From: an uncultured Clostridium sp.
GTDB taxonomy: Bacteria; Bacillota; Clostridia; TANB77; CAG-508
DNA length: 61,569 nucleotides
Direction of reading: 5' to 3'
Assembly (NCBI GenBank): GCA_947568535.1
Contig: CANOPF010000001.1
Span: 1-61,569, forward strand
Shown one piece after another: positions 49,803-60,427 of the stretch. The position numbers and the translations under genes were made by a program. Each line of letters opens with the position of its first letter. Positions within the stretch are counted from its first letter, which is position 1. The notes beneath the pieces are model-generated. The model was not told the origin of the DNA. It did no database searches and was given only the letters and a program-made list of their open reading frames with translations.

Positions 49803-51113
49803 ATGATAACTCAACTGCTTATGTTAATGGTATTAATAGCACTAAATGCATTTTTTGCTGCATCAGAAATAGCCTTTATTTCTTTAAATGATGCAAAGAT
49901 AGAAAAACAGGCAAAAGAAGGAAATAAAAAAGCGAAACAGATTGAAAAAATGTTGAAAAATCCAAGTGGTTTTTTAGCTACTATCCAAATAGGCATTACT
50001 CTAGCAGGTTTTTTATCGAGTGCATATGCTTCAGAAACATTTGCTGAAATGTTAGCCCCAGTATTATATCAATTTATGCCATTTATTCATATAGGCATAT
50101 GGAAGAACATTGCTATTATCCTCATAACCATAATATTATCTTTCTTTACCTTAATCTTTGGCGAATTAGTGCCAAAAAGATTTGCGATGAAAAATTATGA
50201 AAAAATATCTTTTGCTACCATAGGAATTATTCGAGCAATTTCTATGGTAACTTCACCATTTGTTAAGTTTTTAACTTGGGTAACCAATGGTGTATCTAAA
50301 GTATTTGGTGTTGGAGAAAATGAAGAGGAATCAGTTACAGAAGAAGAAATTAAAATGTTAATTGATCAAGGAGAGGAAAAAGGTACAATAAAAGAAGAAG
50401 AAAAAGAATTGATTAATAATGTATTTGCTTTTAATGACATTACTGTTTCCGAGATTATGAGGCACAGAAAAGATATTTTTGCTGTTGATATGAATATTAG
50501 TCATGATGAATTATTACAAGAACTTTCAAAAGAAGAGTATCGTTATAGTAGAATTCCCGTATATGAGGAAACGATTGATGAAATAAAAGGTATTTTATAT
50601 GTAAAAGATGTATTAAAAAATATCAATAAAAAAACATTCCGTATAAAGAATGTCATAAAAGATGCTTATTTTGTTTCACAAAATAGATTAATTAATGAAG
50701 TATTTAAAGAATTGCAAAAGAATAAAAAACAGATTGCCATTATTGTTGATGAATATGGTGGCACATCAGGTTTAATTACTATGGAAGATATTTTAGAGGA
50801 ATTGGTAGGTGATATTTATGACGAATATGACAAAGAAGAAAAAGAATATGAACAAATCGATCCCAATACTTATCTTTTAAGTGGTAGTATGACTATTAAT
50901 GAAGTGAATAAGTTATTGGAGGCTAACATTCCTGAGGGGGATTATGATACCATTTCTGGATATCTACAAGATAAATTAGGAAGAATACCAGAAGAAGAAG
51001 AAAAACCAGTAATTGATACAGAAAATGTAACATATAAAATAGAAGAATATGAGGATAAAAGAATTCTTAAAGTAAAGGCTTGTAAAAATAATACAGAACA
51101 GATGGGATTCTAG
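49803..51113 (+). CDS. HlyC/CorC (CNNM) family transporter: DUF21, CBS pair, CorC_HlyC
   Basis: N-terminal 4-TM DUF21 (AASEIAFISL), a CBS pair region (RIPVYEETIDEIKGILYVKD) and a C-terminal transporter-associated domain. Confidence 0.85.
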   Translation: MITQLLMLMVLIALNAFFAASEIAFISLNDAKIEKQAKEGNKKAKQIEKMLKNPSGFLATIQIGITLAGFLSSAYASETFAEMLAPVLYQFMPFIHIGIWKNIAIILITIILSFFTLIFGELVPKRFAMKNYEKISFATIGIIRAISMVTSPFVKFLTWVTNGVSKVFGVGENEEESVTEEEIKMLIDQGEEKGTIKEEEKELINNVFAFNDITVSEIMRHRKDIFAVDMNISHDELLQELSKEEYRYSRIPVYEETIDEIKGILYVKDVLKNINKKTFRIKNVIKDAYFVSQNRLINEVFKELQKNKKQIAIIVDEYGGTSGLITMEDILEELVGDIYDEYDKEEKEYEQIDPNTYLLSGSMTINEVNKLLEANIPEGDYDTISGYLQDKLGRIPEEEEKPVIDTENVTYKIEEYEDKRILKVKACKNNTEQMGF

Positions 51114-51129
51114 AAAGGAAAAAGAGAAA

Positions 51130-52860
51130 ATGAAAAAAAGGTATATGGTTATGCTTGCCATGATTTTACTAATATTTATGGTAGTCGTTTTTATTATTAT
51201 TCATCATGGTGTCATGGAAATGGGGAAAAATTATGAGATAGAAAAAGTGAATCAATATAATTATTTTAGATTAAAACAAAATGATTCATATGGTGTTATT
51301 GATAAAAAGGGAAGTGTTATCGTAAAGCCAATGTATAGTGAAATCATTATACCAAACCCAGAAAAGGATGTTTTTGTATGTTATCAAGGAGAAGATATAA
51401 ACATACTAAATAAACAACAAGAAGAAATATTAACGGAATATAGCCATGTTCAACAGATTCGATTAAAAAACGTATCGAGTGATTTAATGTATGAGAAAAG
51501 TGTATTAAAATATAGTAAGGAAGGAAAATATGGTTTAGTAGGATTAGAAGGAAAAGAAATAACAAAGCCTATTTATGAAGAAATTGATAGTTTGCCATAT
51601 AAAGAAGGAGAATTATTAGTAAAACAAAATGGTAAATATGGTATTATTAATATAAAAGGGAATAGTATTGTGCCTATTCAATACGATAAAGTAGCGGTTG
51701 ATGAATTTTATATGAACGAAGAAGGGTATCGTTATGCAGGATATATTGTATCCATTAAAACGCAAGATGGCTATCGCTATGGATATTTAAATAGCAAAGG
51801 AAAAGAAGTGCTACCAATAGAATATAATGAAATTTCAAGAGTAGTAGAAATTAAAGAGAGTGAGAATGTCTATCTCATTTGTGCAAAAAATGGACAATAT
51901 GGAGTGAGGAAAAATGGAGATGAACTTCTTGAAAATGGATATCAATCTATTCGCTATGATGCCATAAATCAAATATTTGTTATGGAAAAAAATCAGAAAT
52001 ATGGCATCGCAGATTTTGTAGGAAAACAAATTGTTCCTATTGAATATAATCAAATCGATATTATAGGAATGTTTTTGTATGCACAAAATGAACAAGGAAC
52101 AACGGTTTATCATGCTAATGGAGTACAAGCTAATATTAGTGCTAATGTAGCGATATTAAATACCAATAATGAAAAGTATAAAATAAAAATTAATCATAGG
52201 GATAATCAAACCCAATATGGAGTGATGGATAAAGAAGGAAAACAGTTAATTGAAGAAAAATACAATTACATTGAATATTTGCATGATAATTATTTCATTG
52301 CTAGTGAAGAAAATGGGAAATTAGGAGTGTTAGATGATAAAGGTATAGTTAAAATAGAAATCGATAAAGATTCTGTACAAAAAATTCAAGATACAGATTT
52401 AATACAAACTACTTATTCATCAGGAAAAATTATGCAAATATATAATAAAGACATGGAAATGATTGGTGAGATGCAAAATGCTATCATGGAAGTAGAAGAT
52501 CATTATATCAAAATGTATAATGGAATAGAAGTAAAATATTTTAATCAACAAGGAAAAGAATTAAAGAACATAGAAGTATATCCAAATAATCAATTATTTG
52601 TAAAAAAACAAGGAGAACAATATGGTTTCGTGGATGCTAATGGAAAATTAGTCGTAGATTATCAATATGATCAAGCAGAAGAATTTAATATTTATGGTTT
52701 TGCTGGTGTCAAAAAAGCAGGAAAATGGGGAGTTCTTAATGAACAAGGGCAAGAAGTTGTCGCTCCAATTTATGAGATGAAAGAAAGACAAATACCATTT
52801 TTTATAGGAAGTTATTATCGAGTAACGTATGGATTTGGCGAATTTTATTATACAAATTAG
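51130..52860 (+). CDS. WG (KWG-type) repeat-containing protein with N-terminal TM anchor
   Basis: Many repeats of the YG(V/L/I)(I/V)(D/N).KG..(I/V)V(K)P.Y..I type across 576 aa. Confidence 0.8.
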   Translation: MKKRYMVMLAMILLIFMVVVFIIIHHGVMEMGKNYEIEKVNQYNYFRLKQNDSYGVIDKKGSVIVKPMYSEIIIPNPEKDVFVCYQGEDINILNKQQEEILTEYSHVQQIRLKNVSSDLMYEKSVLKYSKEGKYGLVGLEGKEITKPIYEEIDSLPYKEGELLVKQNGKYGIINIKGNSIVPIQYDKVAVDEFYMNEEGYRYAGYIVSIKTQDGYRYGYLNSKGKEVLPIEYNEISRVVEIKESENVYLICAKNGQYGVRKNGDELLENGYQSIRYDAINQIFVMEKNQKYGIADFVGKQIVPIEYNQIDIIGMFLYAQNEQGTTVYHANGVQANISANVAILNTNNEKYKIKINHRDNQTQYGVMDKEGKQLIEEKYNYIEYLHDNYFIASEENGKLGVLDDKGIVKIEIDKDSVQKIQDTDLIQTTYSSGKIMQIYNKDMEMIGEMQNAIMEVEDHYIKMYNGIEVKYFNQQGKELKNIEVYPNNQLFVKKQGEQYGFVDANGKLVVDYQYDQAEEFNIYGFAGVKKAGKWGVLNEQGQEVVAPIYEMKERQIPFFIGSYYRVTYGFGEFYYTN

Positions 52861-52935
52861 CACACTTTCTGTTTAAATTCATATTTTTTAGTAAATACTT
52901 AAAATAGTGAAACATAGGTTAAAGAAGGTGTTAAT

Positions 52936-53805
52936 TTGAAATTAGGAGTAGCTTTATCTGGGGGAGGAATTAGAGGTATTGCTCATGCAGGAGCCTTAAA
53001 AGCGATGGAGGATAATGGAATAAAAATAGATGTGATAGGAGGTACTAGTTCGGGGAGTTTAGTAGCCTCCTTATATGCTATGGGATATTCTCCTTATTAT
53101 ATTTATATATTATTTAAAAGGTATGCTAAAGATCTGGTAGAGATTAATTCTTCTCCTATTATTTCTGGAATTGGAAATTTTATGATGAATAAAAAAGTCA
53201 ATTTATTGGGGTTAAAAACAGGAGAATCATTAGAAAAAGCATATAACGAAATAGCTATGAGAAAAGGAATTCGAAAAATACAAGACATAAAAAAAATACC
53301 AATAGTTATTCCAACTGTTGATGTTAAAGAATCAAAAGAATATATTATCACTAATCAAATTCCAGAAAAAAGTGTAGATGAATCACAATATATTACAGAT
53401 ATATCGGTAGGAAAAGCGGTAAGGGCGAGTAGTTGTTTTCCAGCCGTTTTTTGTCCTTGTGATTTTAAAACACATAAGTTTTTAGATGGAGGAGTACTAG
53501 ATAATATACCTGTGACAGAAGTAAAAAAACAAGGAGCAGATAAAGTTATTGCTATTAATTTCAAAGCAGATGATATTAATGACGATAGTAATGTAATGGA
53601 TATTGTTATGAGAACTATTGATATTATGGGTAACAAAATTTCAGAGGAAAGTTTAGCAGAAAGTGACTTAGTATTGACTATTTCAACCGATAAAACAGGT
53701 CTTTTAGATGTGGAAAAATTAGATAAATGCTATCACTTTGGTTATCAAGCCACAATAAGAAAGTTAGAAGATATCAAAAAGATTTTACAAAATAACGAAA
53801 GATAA
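52936..53805 (+). CDS. patatin-like phospholipase
   Basis: GGGIRGIAHAGALKAM, GTSSGS (the GxSxG nucleophile) and LDGGVLDNIP (Asp of the dyad). TTG start. Confidence 0.88.
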   Translation: MKLGVALSGGGIRGIAHAGALKAMEDNGIKIDVIGGTSSGSLVASLYAMGYSPYYIYILFKRYAKDLVEINSSPIISGIGNFMMNKKVNLLGLKTGESLEKAYNEIAMRKGIRKIQDIKKIPIVIPTVDVKESKEYIITNQIPEKSVDESQYITDISVGKAVRASSCFPAVFCPCDFKTHKFLDGGVLDNIPVTEVKKQGADKVIAINFKADDINDDSNVMDIVMRTIDIMGNKISEESLAESDLVLTISTDKTGLLDVEKLDKCYHFGYQATIRKLEDIKKILQNNER

Positions 53806-53855
53806 GAAATATATTTGAATATAATAGATAGAAAAGAACGAAAGGAAGAAAAACG

Positions 53856-54998
53856 ATGGAAATAAGATATTTTGATCATGCTGCTACAACTAGAGTAAAA
53901 AAAGAAGTTTTGGAAGAAATGTTGCCCTACTTTAACCAAAACTATGGAAATCCATCTTCTCTTTATTCCATAGGAAGGATTTCTAAAAAGGCGATAGAGG
54001 AAGCCAGAAAAAGAGTATCTACTTTAATTAATGCTCATCCCAATGAAATTTATTTTACAGGATGTGGATCAGAAAGTGACAATACGATAATTAAAGGAGT
54101 AGCTTATGCTAATCGTCAAAAAGGAAGACATATCATTACTTCCCAAATTGAGCATCCCGCTGTACTTCATACCTGTCAAACTTTAGAAAAGCAGGGATTT
54201 GAGGTGACTTATTTAAAAGTTAATCAGGAAGGTGTTATTCATTTAGAAGAATTAGCTAATTCTATTCGAAATGATACAATCTTGATTACTATTATGTTTG
54301 CTAATAATGAAATTGGTACAGTTCAGCCTATTGAGATGATTTCCAAGATAGCTAGAATGCATAATATTATTTTTCATACAGATGCTGTGCAAGCTTGTGG
54401 AAATGAGCCAATTGATGTAAAACGAATGGGAATCGACAGTCTATCTTTATCCGGTCACAAATTATACGCACCAAAGGGAATTGGTGCATTATATGTAAAA
54501 AATGGCATTTCTTTTGAAAGATTTATCGATGGAGGGCATCAAGAAAAAAACAAAAGAGCAGGAACAGAAAATGTTGCAGGAATTGTCGGATTAGGAAAGG
54601 CGTGTGAGTTAGCTAATATACAGTTAAAAGAATATAGACAACATTTAAAAGGACTAAGAGATTATTTTATTACACAAGTAAAAGAAAAAATAAAGGATGC
54701 TGTGTTAAATGGAAGTATAGAAAATCGATTGCCAGGAAATGCAAATTTTTCATTTCCTTTAGTCGATGGAGATGCCTTATTACTAAATTTGGATGGAAAG
54801 GGAATCTGTGCTTCAGCAGGTTCTGCTTGTACATCTGGTTCCTCAGCTCCTTCTCATGTTCTATCAAGTATAGGATTGTCAGAGGCATTGGCACAGGGGT
54901 CACTAAGAGTAACATTTGGTGAGGAAAATACAAGAGAAGATGTAGATTATTTAGTAGACAGTTTATGTGAAATTGTACCAAAACTTAGAAAGCATTAG
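53856..54998 (+). CDS. nifS: cysteine desulfurase (NifS type, class V aminotransferase)
   Basis: YFDHAATT, SGHKLYAPKGIGALYV (PLP lysine) and GSACTSGS (active-site Cys). Confidence 0.9.
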   Translation: MEIRYFDHAATTRVKKEVLEEMLPYFNQNYGNPSSLYSIGRISKKAIEEARKRVSTLINAHPNEIYFTGCGSESDNTIIKGVAYANRQKGRHIITSQIEHPAVLHTCQTLEKQGFEVTYLKVNQEGVIHLEELANSIRNDTILITIMFANNEIGTVQPIEMISKIARMHNIIFHTDAVQACGNEPIDVKRMGIDSLSLSGHKLYAPKGIGALYVKNGISFERFIDGGHQEKNKRAGTENVAGIVGLGKACELANIQLKEYRQHLKGLRDYFITQVKEKIKDAVLNGSIENRLPGNANFSFPLVDGDALLLNLDGKGICASAGSACTSGSSAPSHVLSSIGLSEALAQGSLRVTFGEENTREDVDYLVDSLCEIVPKLRKH

Positions 54999-56563
54999 TT
55001 GTTTTCTAATAAAGAAATAGCACATTTAATACCATCTACAGCAGCAGACATAATACCACCAGCATAACCTGCGCCTTCTCCACAAGGATATATACCTTCA
55101 ATGTTAGACATGAAATTTTGCTTTCTCATTATTTTAATAGGTGAAGAACTTCTTGTTTCAAGACCTGTTAAGATGCTATCAGGGTGAGCAAAATTTTTAA
55201 GTTTAGTATCAAAGAATTCAATTCCTTGTTTTAACGTATCAGCAACAAAATCAGGTAAAATATCGTGTAGATTAGATAAAGTAAATCCAGGTTGATAGGT
55301 AGGGATAACTTTACCAATTTGCTTGGATTTTTGATGGTTTAGAAAGTCTTCTACTCTTTGTACAGGAGCAAAATAATGAGACCCACCTAGAGAAAATGCC
55401 TTTTCTTCTAAATCTTGTTGAAAATAAATACCAGCTAAAGGGGAATTAAGAGGAAAATCTTTTGGTGTTACATTGACTAAAATAGCAGAATTAGCATTTT
55501 GTCCATCCCTTAAAAAATTACTCATTCCATTTGTTACAATTGTATGGGGTTCACTAGAAGAAGCCATAACAACTCCACCAGGACACATACAAAAGGTATA
55601 ACAACAACGTCCATTAGGGGCATGATAAGACAACTTATATTCTGCTGGAGGTAGTTGTAATTTGGTTAATGTACCATATTGTGCTTCATTAATCCAGTTT
55701 TGCAAGTGCTCAATACGAACGCCAATAGAAAAGTTTTTAGCTTCCATTTGTAATCCTTTGTGATAAAGTTTTTCAAATGTATCTCTTGCACTGTGCCCTA
55801 TGGCTAGAATGACATGATTGCTGTTTATGGTTTTTTCTTCATGGTTACTCATAGTTTGTAAGTTAACAATCTGTTGATTTTTAATACCGAAATCAATAAC
55901 TTTGGTATTAAACAGGAAAGTTCCACCTTTTGAGATAATATAGTCTCTCATATTTTTTATGATATGGATTAGTTTATCTGTGCCTATATGTGGTTTAGAA
56001 AGATATAGAACTTGTTCAGGAGCACCAAAATAAACAAATTCTTCTAAAACCTTTTGGCAAAATGGGCTGTGAATGCCACTGGTTAATTTTCCGTCAGAGA
56101 AAGTACCAGCACCTCCTTCTCCAAATTGAACATTAGAATGAGGATTAAGTTTTCCCTTTGTTAAAAATGTATGAACGCTTTGGCTTCTGTTTTCAATAGG
56201 TTGACCTTGTTCAATAATAATGGGCTGAATGTTGTTTTGGACGAGAATAAGGGCAGAAAAAAGACCAGCTGGTCCAGCTCCTACGATAATTGGACGAGAA
56301 GTTAAATGAGAATTTGTTTGGATATTAGGCATTTCAAATTTTTTTATTTTTTCTAATGCAGGATATTGATTTTCATTTTTTACCACAAGATTAATGGCAT
56401 ATGTATAATGAACATCATCTTTTTTTCGTGCGTCGATTGATTTTCGTGCTATGTGCCATTCTAAAATATCTTCTTTTTTTATGTGATGTTTTTTTATTGC
56501 GATGTCAAAGAGTTCGTTTCTAGTGACTTCTTTTCTAATTTTAATATTATTAATTCTTAACAT
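54995..56563 (-). CDS. NAD(P)/FAD-dependent oxidoreductase (uncharacterised FAD-dependent dehydrogenase family)
   Basis: IIVGAGPAGLFSAL dinucleotide-binding motif and C-terminal GIYPCGEGAGYAGGIMSAAVDG. Its 3' end overlaps the nifS stop by 4 nt. Confidence 0.8.
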   Translation of the reverse strand: MLRINNIKIRKEVTRNELFDIAIKKHHIKKEDILEWHIARKSIDARKKDDVHYTYAINLVVKNENQYPALEKIKKFEMPNIQTNSHLTSRPIIVGAGPAGLFSALILVQNNIQPIIIEQGQPIENRSQSVHTFLTKGKLNPHSNVQFGEGGAGTFSDGKLTSGIHSPFCQKVLEEFVYFGAPEQVLYLSKPHIGTDKLIHIIKNMRDYIISKGGTFLFNTKVIDFGIKNQQIVNLQTMSNHEEKTINSNHVILAIGHSARDTFEKLYHKGLQMEAKNFSIGVRIEHLQNWINEAQYGTLTKLQLPPAEYKLSYHAPNGRCCYTFCMCPGGVVMASSSEPHTIVTNGMSNFLRDGQNANSAILVNVTPKDFPLNSPLAGIYFQQDLEEKAFSLGGSHYFAPVQRVEDFLNHQKSKQIGKVIPTYQPGFTLSNLHDILPDFVADTLKQGIEFFDTKLKNFAHPDSILTGLETRSSSPIKIMRKQNFMSNIEGIYPCGEGAGYAGGIMSAAVDGIKCAISLLENN

Positions 56564-56659
56564 GGCATATCCTCCTGTACTTCATATAGTTAATTATAGC
56601 ATATACCATTAAATTATGGTATAATAGAAAGAAATTTAATAAAAAAGAAGGAGAAGGAA

Positions 56660-57382
56660 ATGGAAGAAAGTTGGGATAATCGAACAGAGCTTTTAATAGG
56701 AAAGGAAGCGTTACAAAAATTAATCCAAGCCAAAGTAGTGGTTTATGGAATTGGAGGAGTTGGTTCATTTGTAGTGGAAGGATTAGTAAGAGCAGGAGTA
56801 GGACATATTGTTTTGGTAGATAAGGATAGGATTGTTTGTAGTAATGTAAATCGACAAATACAAGCAACATGTCACACAATAGGCAAGAGAAAGATAGATG
56901 CTATGAAGCAAAGGGTTCAAGAAATAAACCCAAAAATAAAAATAGATGTTTATATCCCACAAGAAATAGCGGGAGGAGAAGAAAACTTAATTAATGAAAG
57001 TTTTTCCTATGTAGTAGATGCCGTTGATACAATAAAAACTAAAATTAAACTAGTAGAGAAGGCTGTAGAAGTACAAGTGCCAATTTTATCTTGTATGGGA
57101 ACAGGAAATAAATTGGATCCAACAAAATTTGAGATTACCACAATAAACAAGACGTCAGTTTGTCCATTAGCAAGAGTGATGAGAAGAGAGTTGAAAAAAA
57201 GAAATATCCATCAAGTTAAAGTGTTATATTCGAAAGAAGAACCAAAATCAACTAACCAGCAAGCAATTGTTGGAAGTATATCTTTTGTTCCTTCTGTAGC
57301 AGGGCTTATTATAGCGGGAGAAGTGATTAATGATATTATTCATCATAATAAAAATTATTCAGAAAGTAGGAGAAAGAGTTAA
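56660..57382 (+). CDS. tcdA: tRNA threonylcarbamoyladenosine dehydratase (ThiF/TcdA family)
   Basis: VVVYGIGGVGSFVVEGLVRAGVGHIVLVDKDRIVCSNVNRQ and DAVD motifs. Confidence 0.82.
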   Translation: MEESWDNRTELLIGKEALQKLIQAKVVVYGIGGVGSFVVEGLVRAGVGHIVLVDKDRIVCSNVNRQIQATCHTIGKRKIDAMKQRVQEINPKIKIDVYIPQEIAGGEENLINESFSYVVDAVDTIKTKIKLVEKAVEVQVPILSCMGTGNKLDPTKFEITTINKTSVCPLARVMRRELKKRNIHQVKVLYSKEEPKSTNQQAIVGSISFVPSVAGLIIAGEVINDIIHHNKNYSESRRKS

Positions 57383-57569
57383 ACAGAGTATGAAAATTTT
57401 ATCTATTATTTTTTATTATATGAATTAGGATTGGGAATTTTATGGTTATTAACCTTATGTTGTCTATTGAACATAAAATAAAATGAAGATTTTATTAATT
57501 TTTAAGAATGCTTTAATTTTTTTAATAATTGATATATAATGTAAATAATAAAAATAAATGGGGAAATAT

Positions 57570-58202
57570 ATGAGAAAGAAAATAATCAATTATAGTATAA
57601 AAATATTTTGGATTTTTGTTATTGGTAGTGTATTTGGTTTTTTTGCTGAAATGCTTTATGCTCTAGTATATACAAGGACATTAGAAATACGAAGAGGTCT
57701 AATTTATGGACCATTTATACAAATTTATGGCATGGGAGCGGTAGCTTATTATCTTTTAATTTCTAAGATACAAGAACCTAAAAAGGCCTTTTTTTCAGGT
57801 ATGATTATGGGAGGAAGTTTAGAATATTTATGTTCATTTTTTCAAGAGATTTTTTTTGGTACGATTTCTTGGGAATATTCTCATTTATTTATGAATTTAA
57901 ATGGCAGAACTTCTTTGTTATATTGTGTATATTGGGGCATTATTGCTATCTTATATTTAAAGATAATTTATCCAGTTTTTCAAAGGATGGAAGTATTCAT
58001 TAATCATAGTATAGTTAGAGTTATTACACTATTTTTTATGTTATTTATGACTTTTGATATTGTCATTTCTTGTATGGCAGGTAATCGTCAGCAGGAAAGA
58101 CGTGAAAAAATACCAGCAGAAGGACCAGTAGATGAATTTTTAGATAGAGTATATCCCGACCATTTACTAGATAGAATTTATCATAATAAGAAAGAGGTAT
58201 AA
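57570..58202 (+). CDS. putative ABC-transporter type IV (DUF1113) membrane protein
   Basis: A polytopic membrane protein of about 210 aa with a GPF..IYG motif. ATG 57570 is preferred over 57558. Confidence 0.6.
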   Translation: MRKKIINYSIKIFWIFVIGSVFGFFAEMLYALVYTRTLEIRRGLIYGPFIQIYGMGAVAYYLLISKIQEPKKAFFSGMIMGGSLEYLCSFFQEIFFGTISWEYSHLFMNLNGRTSLLYCVYWGIIAILYLKIIYPVFQRMEVFINHSIVRVITLFFMLFMTFDIVISCMAGNRQQERREKIPAEGPVDEFLDRVYPDHLLDRIYHNKKEV

Positions 58203-58322
58203 ATAAGAAGAGGTTTTCTCTTTAGATTTCACAAAGACTAAATGGTTATTAAAAATTGGAGTTCTAACCTTTTAGTTAAAAGAATACAATTAAACAAAAG
58301 TATACGTATGGGGGTTTGCTTT

Positions 58323-58499
58323 ATGAAAGACATATCAATCGAAGAACGTGCTATTAATTTAGCACAATATATAATAGATTCAAAAGATACAGTAAGAGGT
58401 GCAGCAAAAAAATTTGGGATTTCAAAATCAACTGTACACATGGAAGTTACAATTCAGAATGGTTTGAAAATTGGACAGAAAATTCTTGAAAACGTATAA
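58323..58499 (+). pseudogene. spoIIID: sporulation transcriptional regulator SpoIIID, 5' part only (homology ends after the HTH)
   Basis: MKDISIEERAINLAQYIIDSKDTVRGAAKKFGISKSTVH matches the SpoIIID N-terminal HTH (..IKER.I.I..YI...K.TVR..AK.FGVSKSTVHKD). The following MEVTIQNGLKIGQKILENV stop lacks the conserved C-terminal basic region (...RH.RGG.AT). Confidence 0.6.
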
Positions 58500-58567
58500 A
58501 GTAAGTGTTTTTTTAGCGGCTAGAACCAGCTATGATGAAGTTTAGGATTAGTTATTAAATAGAATTA

Positions 58568-58606
58568 GAAAAATAAAGTGCTTTTTAGAAGCATTTTATT
58601 TTTTGA
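58568..58606. terminator. terminator-like hairpin
   Basis: AAAATAAAGTGCTT-ttta-GAAGCATTTTATTTT (one G-U or mismatch). Confidence 0.55.
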
Positions 58607-58624
58607 TAAAATGATGAAAAAGTC

Positions 58625-58653
58625 TTGACATATATTGTGGCACGTGTTAAAGT
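58625..58653 (+). promoter_or_regulatory. sigma-A type promoter
   Basis: TTGACA, a 17-nt spacer, then TAAAGT, ahead of the ORF starting at 58674. Confidence 0.5.
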
Positions 58654-58673
58654 ATATAGCAAGGAGGAATAGT

Positions 58674-59165
58674 ATGAATATAATAAATGATATTAGAGAA
58701 AGACAAGAACAATTAGTAGCTATGATCAATACAACATTTGAGGAACTAATCAAAAAGGTAGAGAATTTACCAATAGAAGATAATAACTATCAAAGAGAAT
58801 ATGAAAGTATTTATCCAATAACCAATACAAAAGTACTAAAAGGAAAAAAACCTATAGCAGTAAAGATGGGAGATCAACGTATAATTACTCCTACTTGGAA
58901 AAAAGTAGTCGAGAATATTTTGAAAGAGGTTATCAAAGATGAACATATGAAAAAGAAAGTATTGAGCCTACGAGATATATTGTTAGGACGTGTTCGTACA
59001 AGAATTTCTAAATATTCGGATAATATGCGTAGCCCTATAGAATTATGTAAGGAATTATATATTGAAACTCATTATGATACAGAAACATTAATGAACTTTT
59101 TACTACAAATTTTAACTGAAATACATTATGATTATCATCATGTAAAAGTAATTATCAAAAATTAA
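58674..59165 (+). CDS. hypothetical protein (163 aa)
   Basis: ATG lies behind AAGGAGG. The product is helical and Lys-rich with no recognisable family. Confidence 0.6.
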   Translation: MNIINDIRERQEQLVAMINTTFEELIKKVENLPIEDNNYQREYESIYPITNTKVLKGKKPIAVKMGDQRIITPTWKKVVENILKEVIKDEHMKKKVLSLRDILLGRVRTRISKYSDNMRSPIELCKELYIETHYDTETLMNFLLQILTEIHYDYHHVKVIIKN

Positions 59166-59412
59166 AAGCAGATATATCAAAAGGTTATCAATGGGATGGT
59201 TTTACACTATTAATTATAGATACTTTTGTTAGATTTAAATATTATACAAAATGAATATGATGATGTATGCTACACATCTTGATAGTAAAAGTTACTAACA
59301 AAAATATAAAACAAGCGAGCACCTGTATAAAAATAATTACAATTGTATTGAACAATATCACTTCTTATGATATAAATATAACATAAAGAATAAAATGTAG
59401 TAGGTGGAGAAA

Positions 59413-60273
59413 ATGAATATATTAAACAATTGGTTATTATATGTGTCATTGTATTTAGTTTTAGCAACAGTTTTTACACAATTTTATAAAATTACAACAA
59501 AGACACTAACGAAAGCAGGCTCTTTAACTGTTTTATTAGAACTTATGGCAGGAATTATAGTGCTTTTTTTATGTCCGTTTTTTGAAATCAAGTTTTCTAC
59601 AGATATAAAAGTATATATATCATTAGGATTTGCAATTATTTTTTATGCAATAACAGATAGATTAAATACTACTGTACGAAAAGAAATAGAAGCATCAACT
59701 TTCAGTATACTAAAACAGATATCAACTGTATTTATGATAGTTGCAGGAATACTATTCTTTAAAGAGTCTTTTCTATGGAATAAAATGATAGGAGCTACAT
59801 TAATCATTTTTAGCAATATTTTAATTTTTTACAAAAAAGGTAAGTTTAAGTTTGATAAATATGTATTGCTTGGAGTATTATCTAATTTATCTTTTTCAAT
59901 AGCTATGTTTTTAGATGTAAGTATTTCTGATAATTTTAATTTGCCAATATATGTTGCAATTACTTTAATAGTACCAGCAATCTTAATTTTTATATTTGAT
60001 AGAATAAAATTTTCTGAAATTAAAACAGAATTTAAAAATGGAAACAAAAAAGCTATGATAATTACCTCTTTCACATGGGGATTAAGTATATTTAGTCAAT
60101 TAAGAGCATATCAATTAGGGAATGTTACAACAATAGCTCCGTTATGTGCATTAACAGTTATACTGAATGTTTTAGTTGGATATTTGTTTTTAAAAGAAAA
60201 AGATAGTTTATTAAAAAAAATATTTGCTGCTATTTTAGTAATTATAAGTGTTATTTTGATAAAATGTAAATAA
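59413..60273 (+). CDS. EamA/DMT family transporter
   Basis: Ten predicted TM helices in two EamA-like halves. ATG 59413 lies behind GGTGGAG. Confidence 0.75.
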   Translation: MNILNNWLLYVSLYLVLATVFTQFYKITTKTLTKAGSLTVLLELMAGIIVLFLCPFFEIKFSTDIKVYISLGFAIIFYAITDRLNTTVRKEIEASTFSILKQISTVFMIVAGILFFKESFLWNKMIGATLIIFSNILIFYKKGKFKFDKYVLLGVLSNLSFSIAMFLDVSISDNFNLPIYVAITLIVPAILIFIFDRIKFSEIKTEFKNGNKKAMIITSFTWGLSIFSQLRAYQLGNVTTIAPLCALTVILNVLVGYLFLKEKDSLLKKIFAAILVIISVILIKCK

Positions 60274-60391
60274 TATTATATATATTTAGTATAGAATTTT
60301 TACATAAAAATATAATAATACTAATAGATAAATTTAACATTTTGCTTGATAAAATCAAGATTTAAGTGTTATACTATCAATAGTAGATTGT

Positions 60392-60427
60392 ACCTCGGAT
60401 AACCTACCAGCCGAGGTCATTTTTTTA
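60392..60427 (+). terminator. rho-independent terminator
   Basis: ACCTCGG-ataacctaccag-CCGAGGT followed by CATTTTTTT. Confidence 0.7.

Noticed and set aside
56550-56879. A 109-aa minus-strand ORF overlapping the tcdA start.
   Set aside because: It is antisense to tcdA and runs into the divergent promoter region. The translation is hydrophobic and low complexity.
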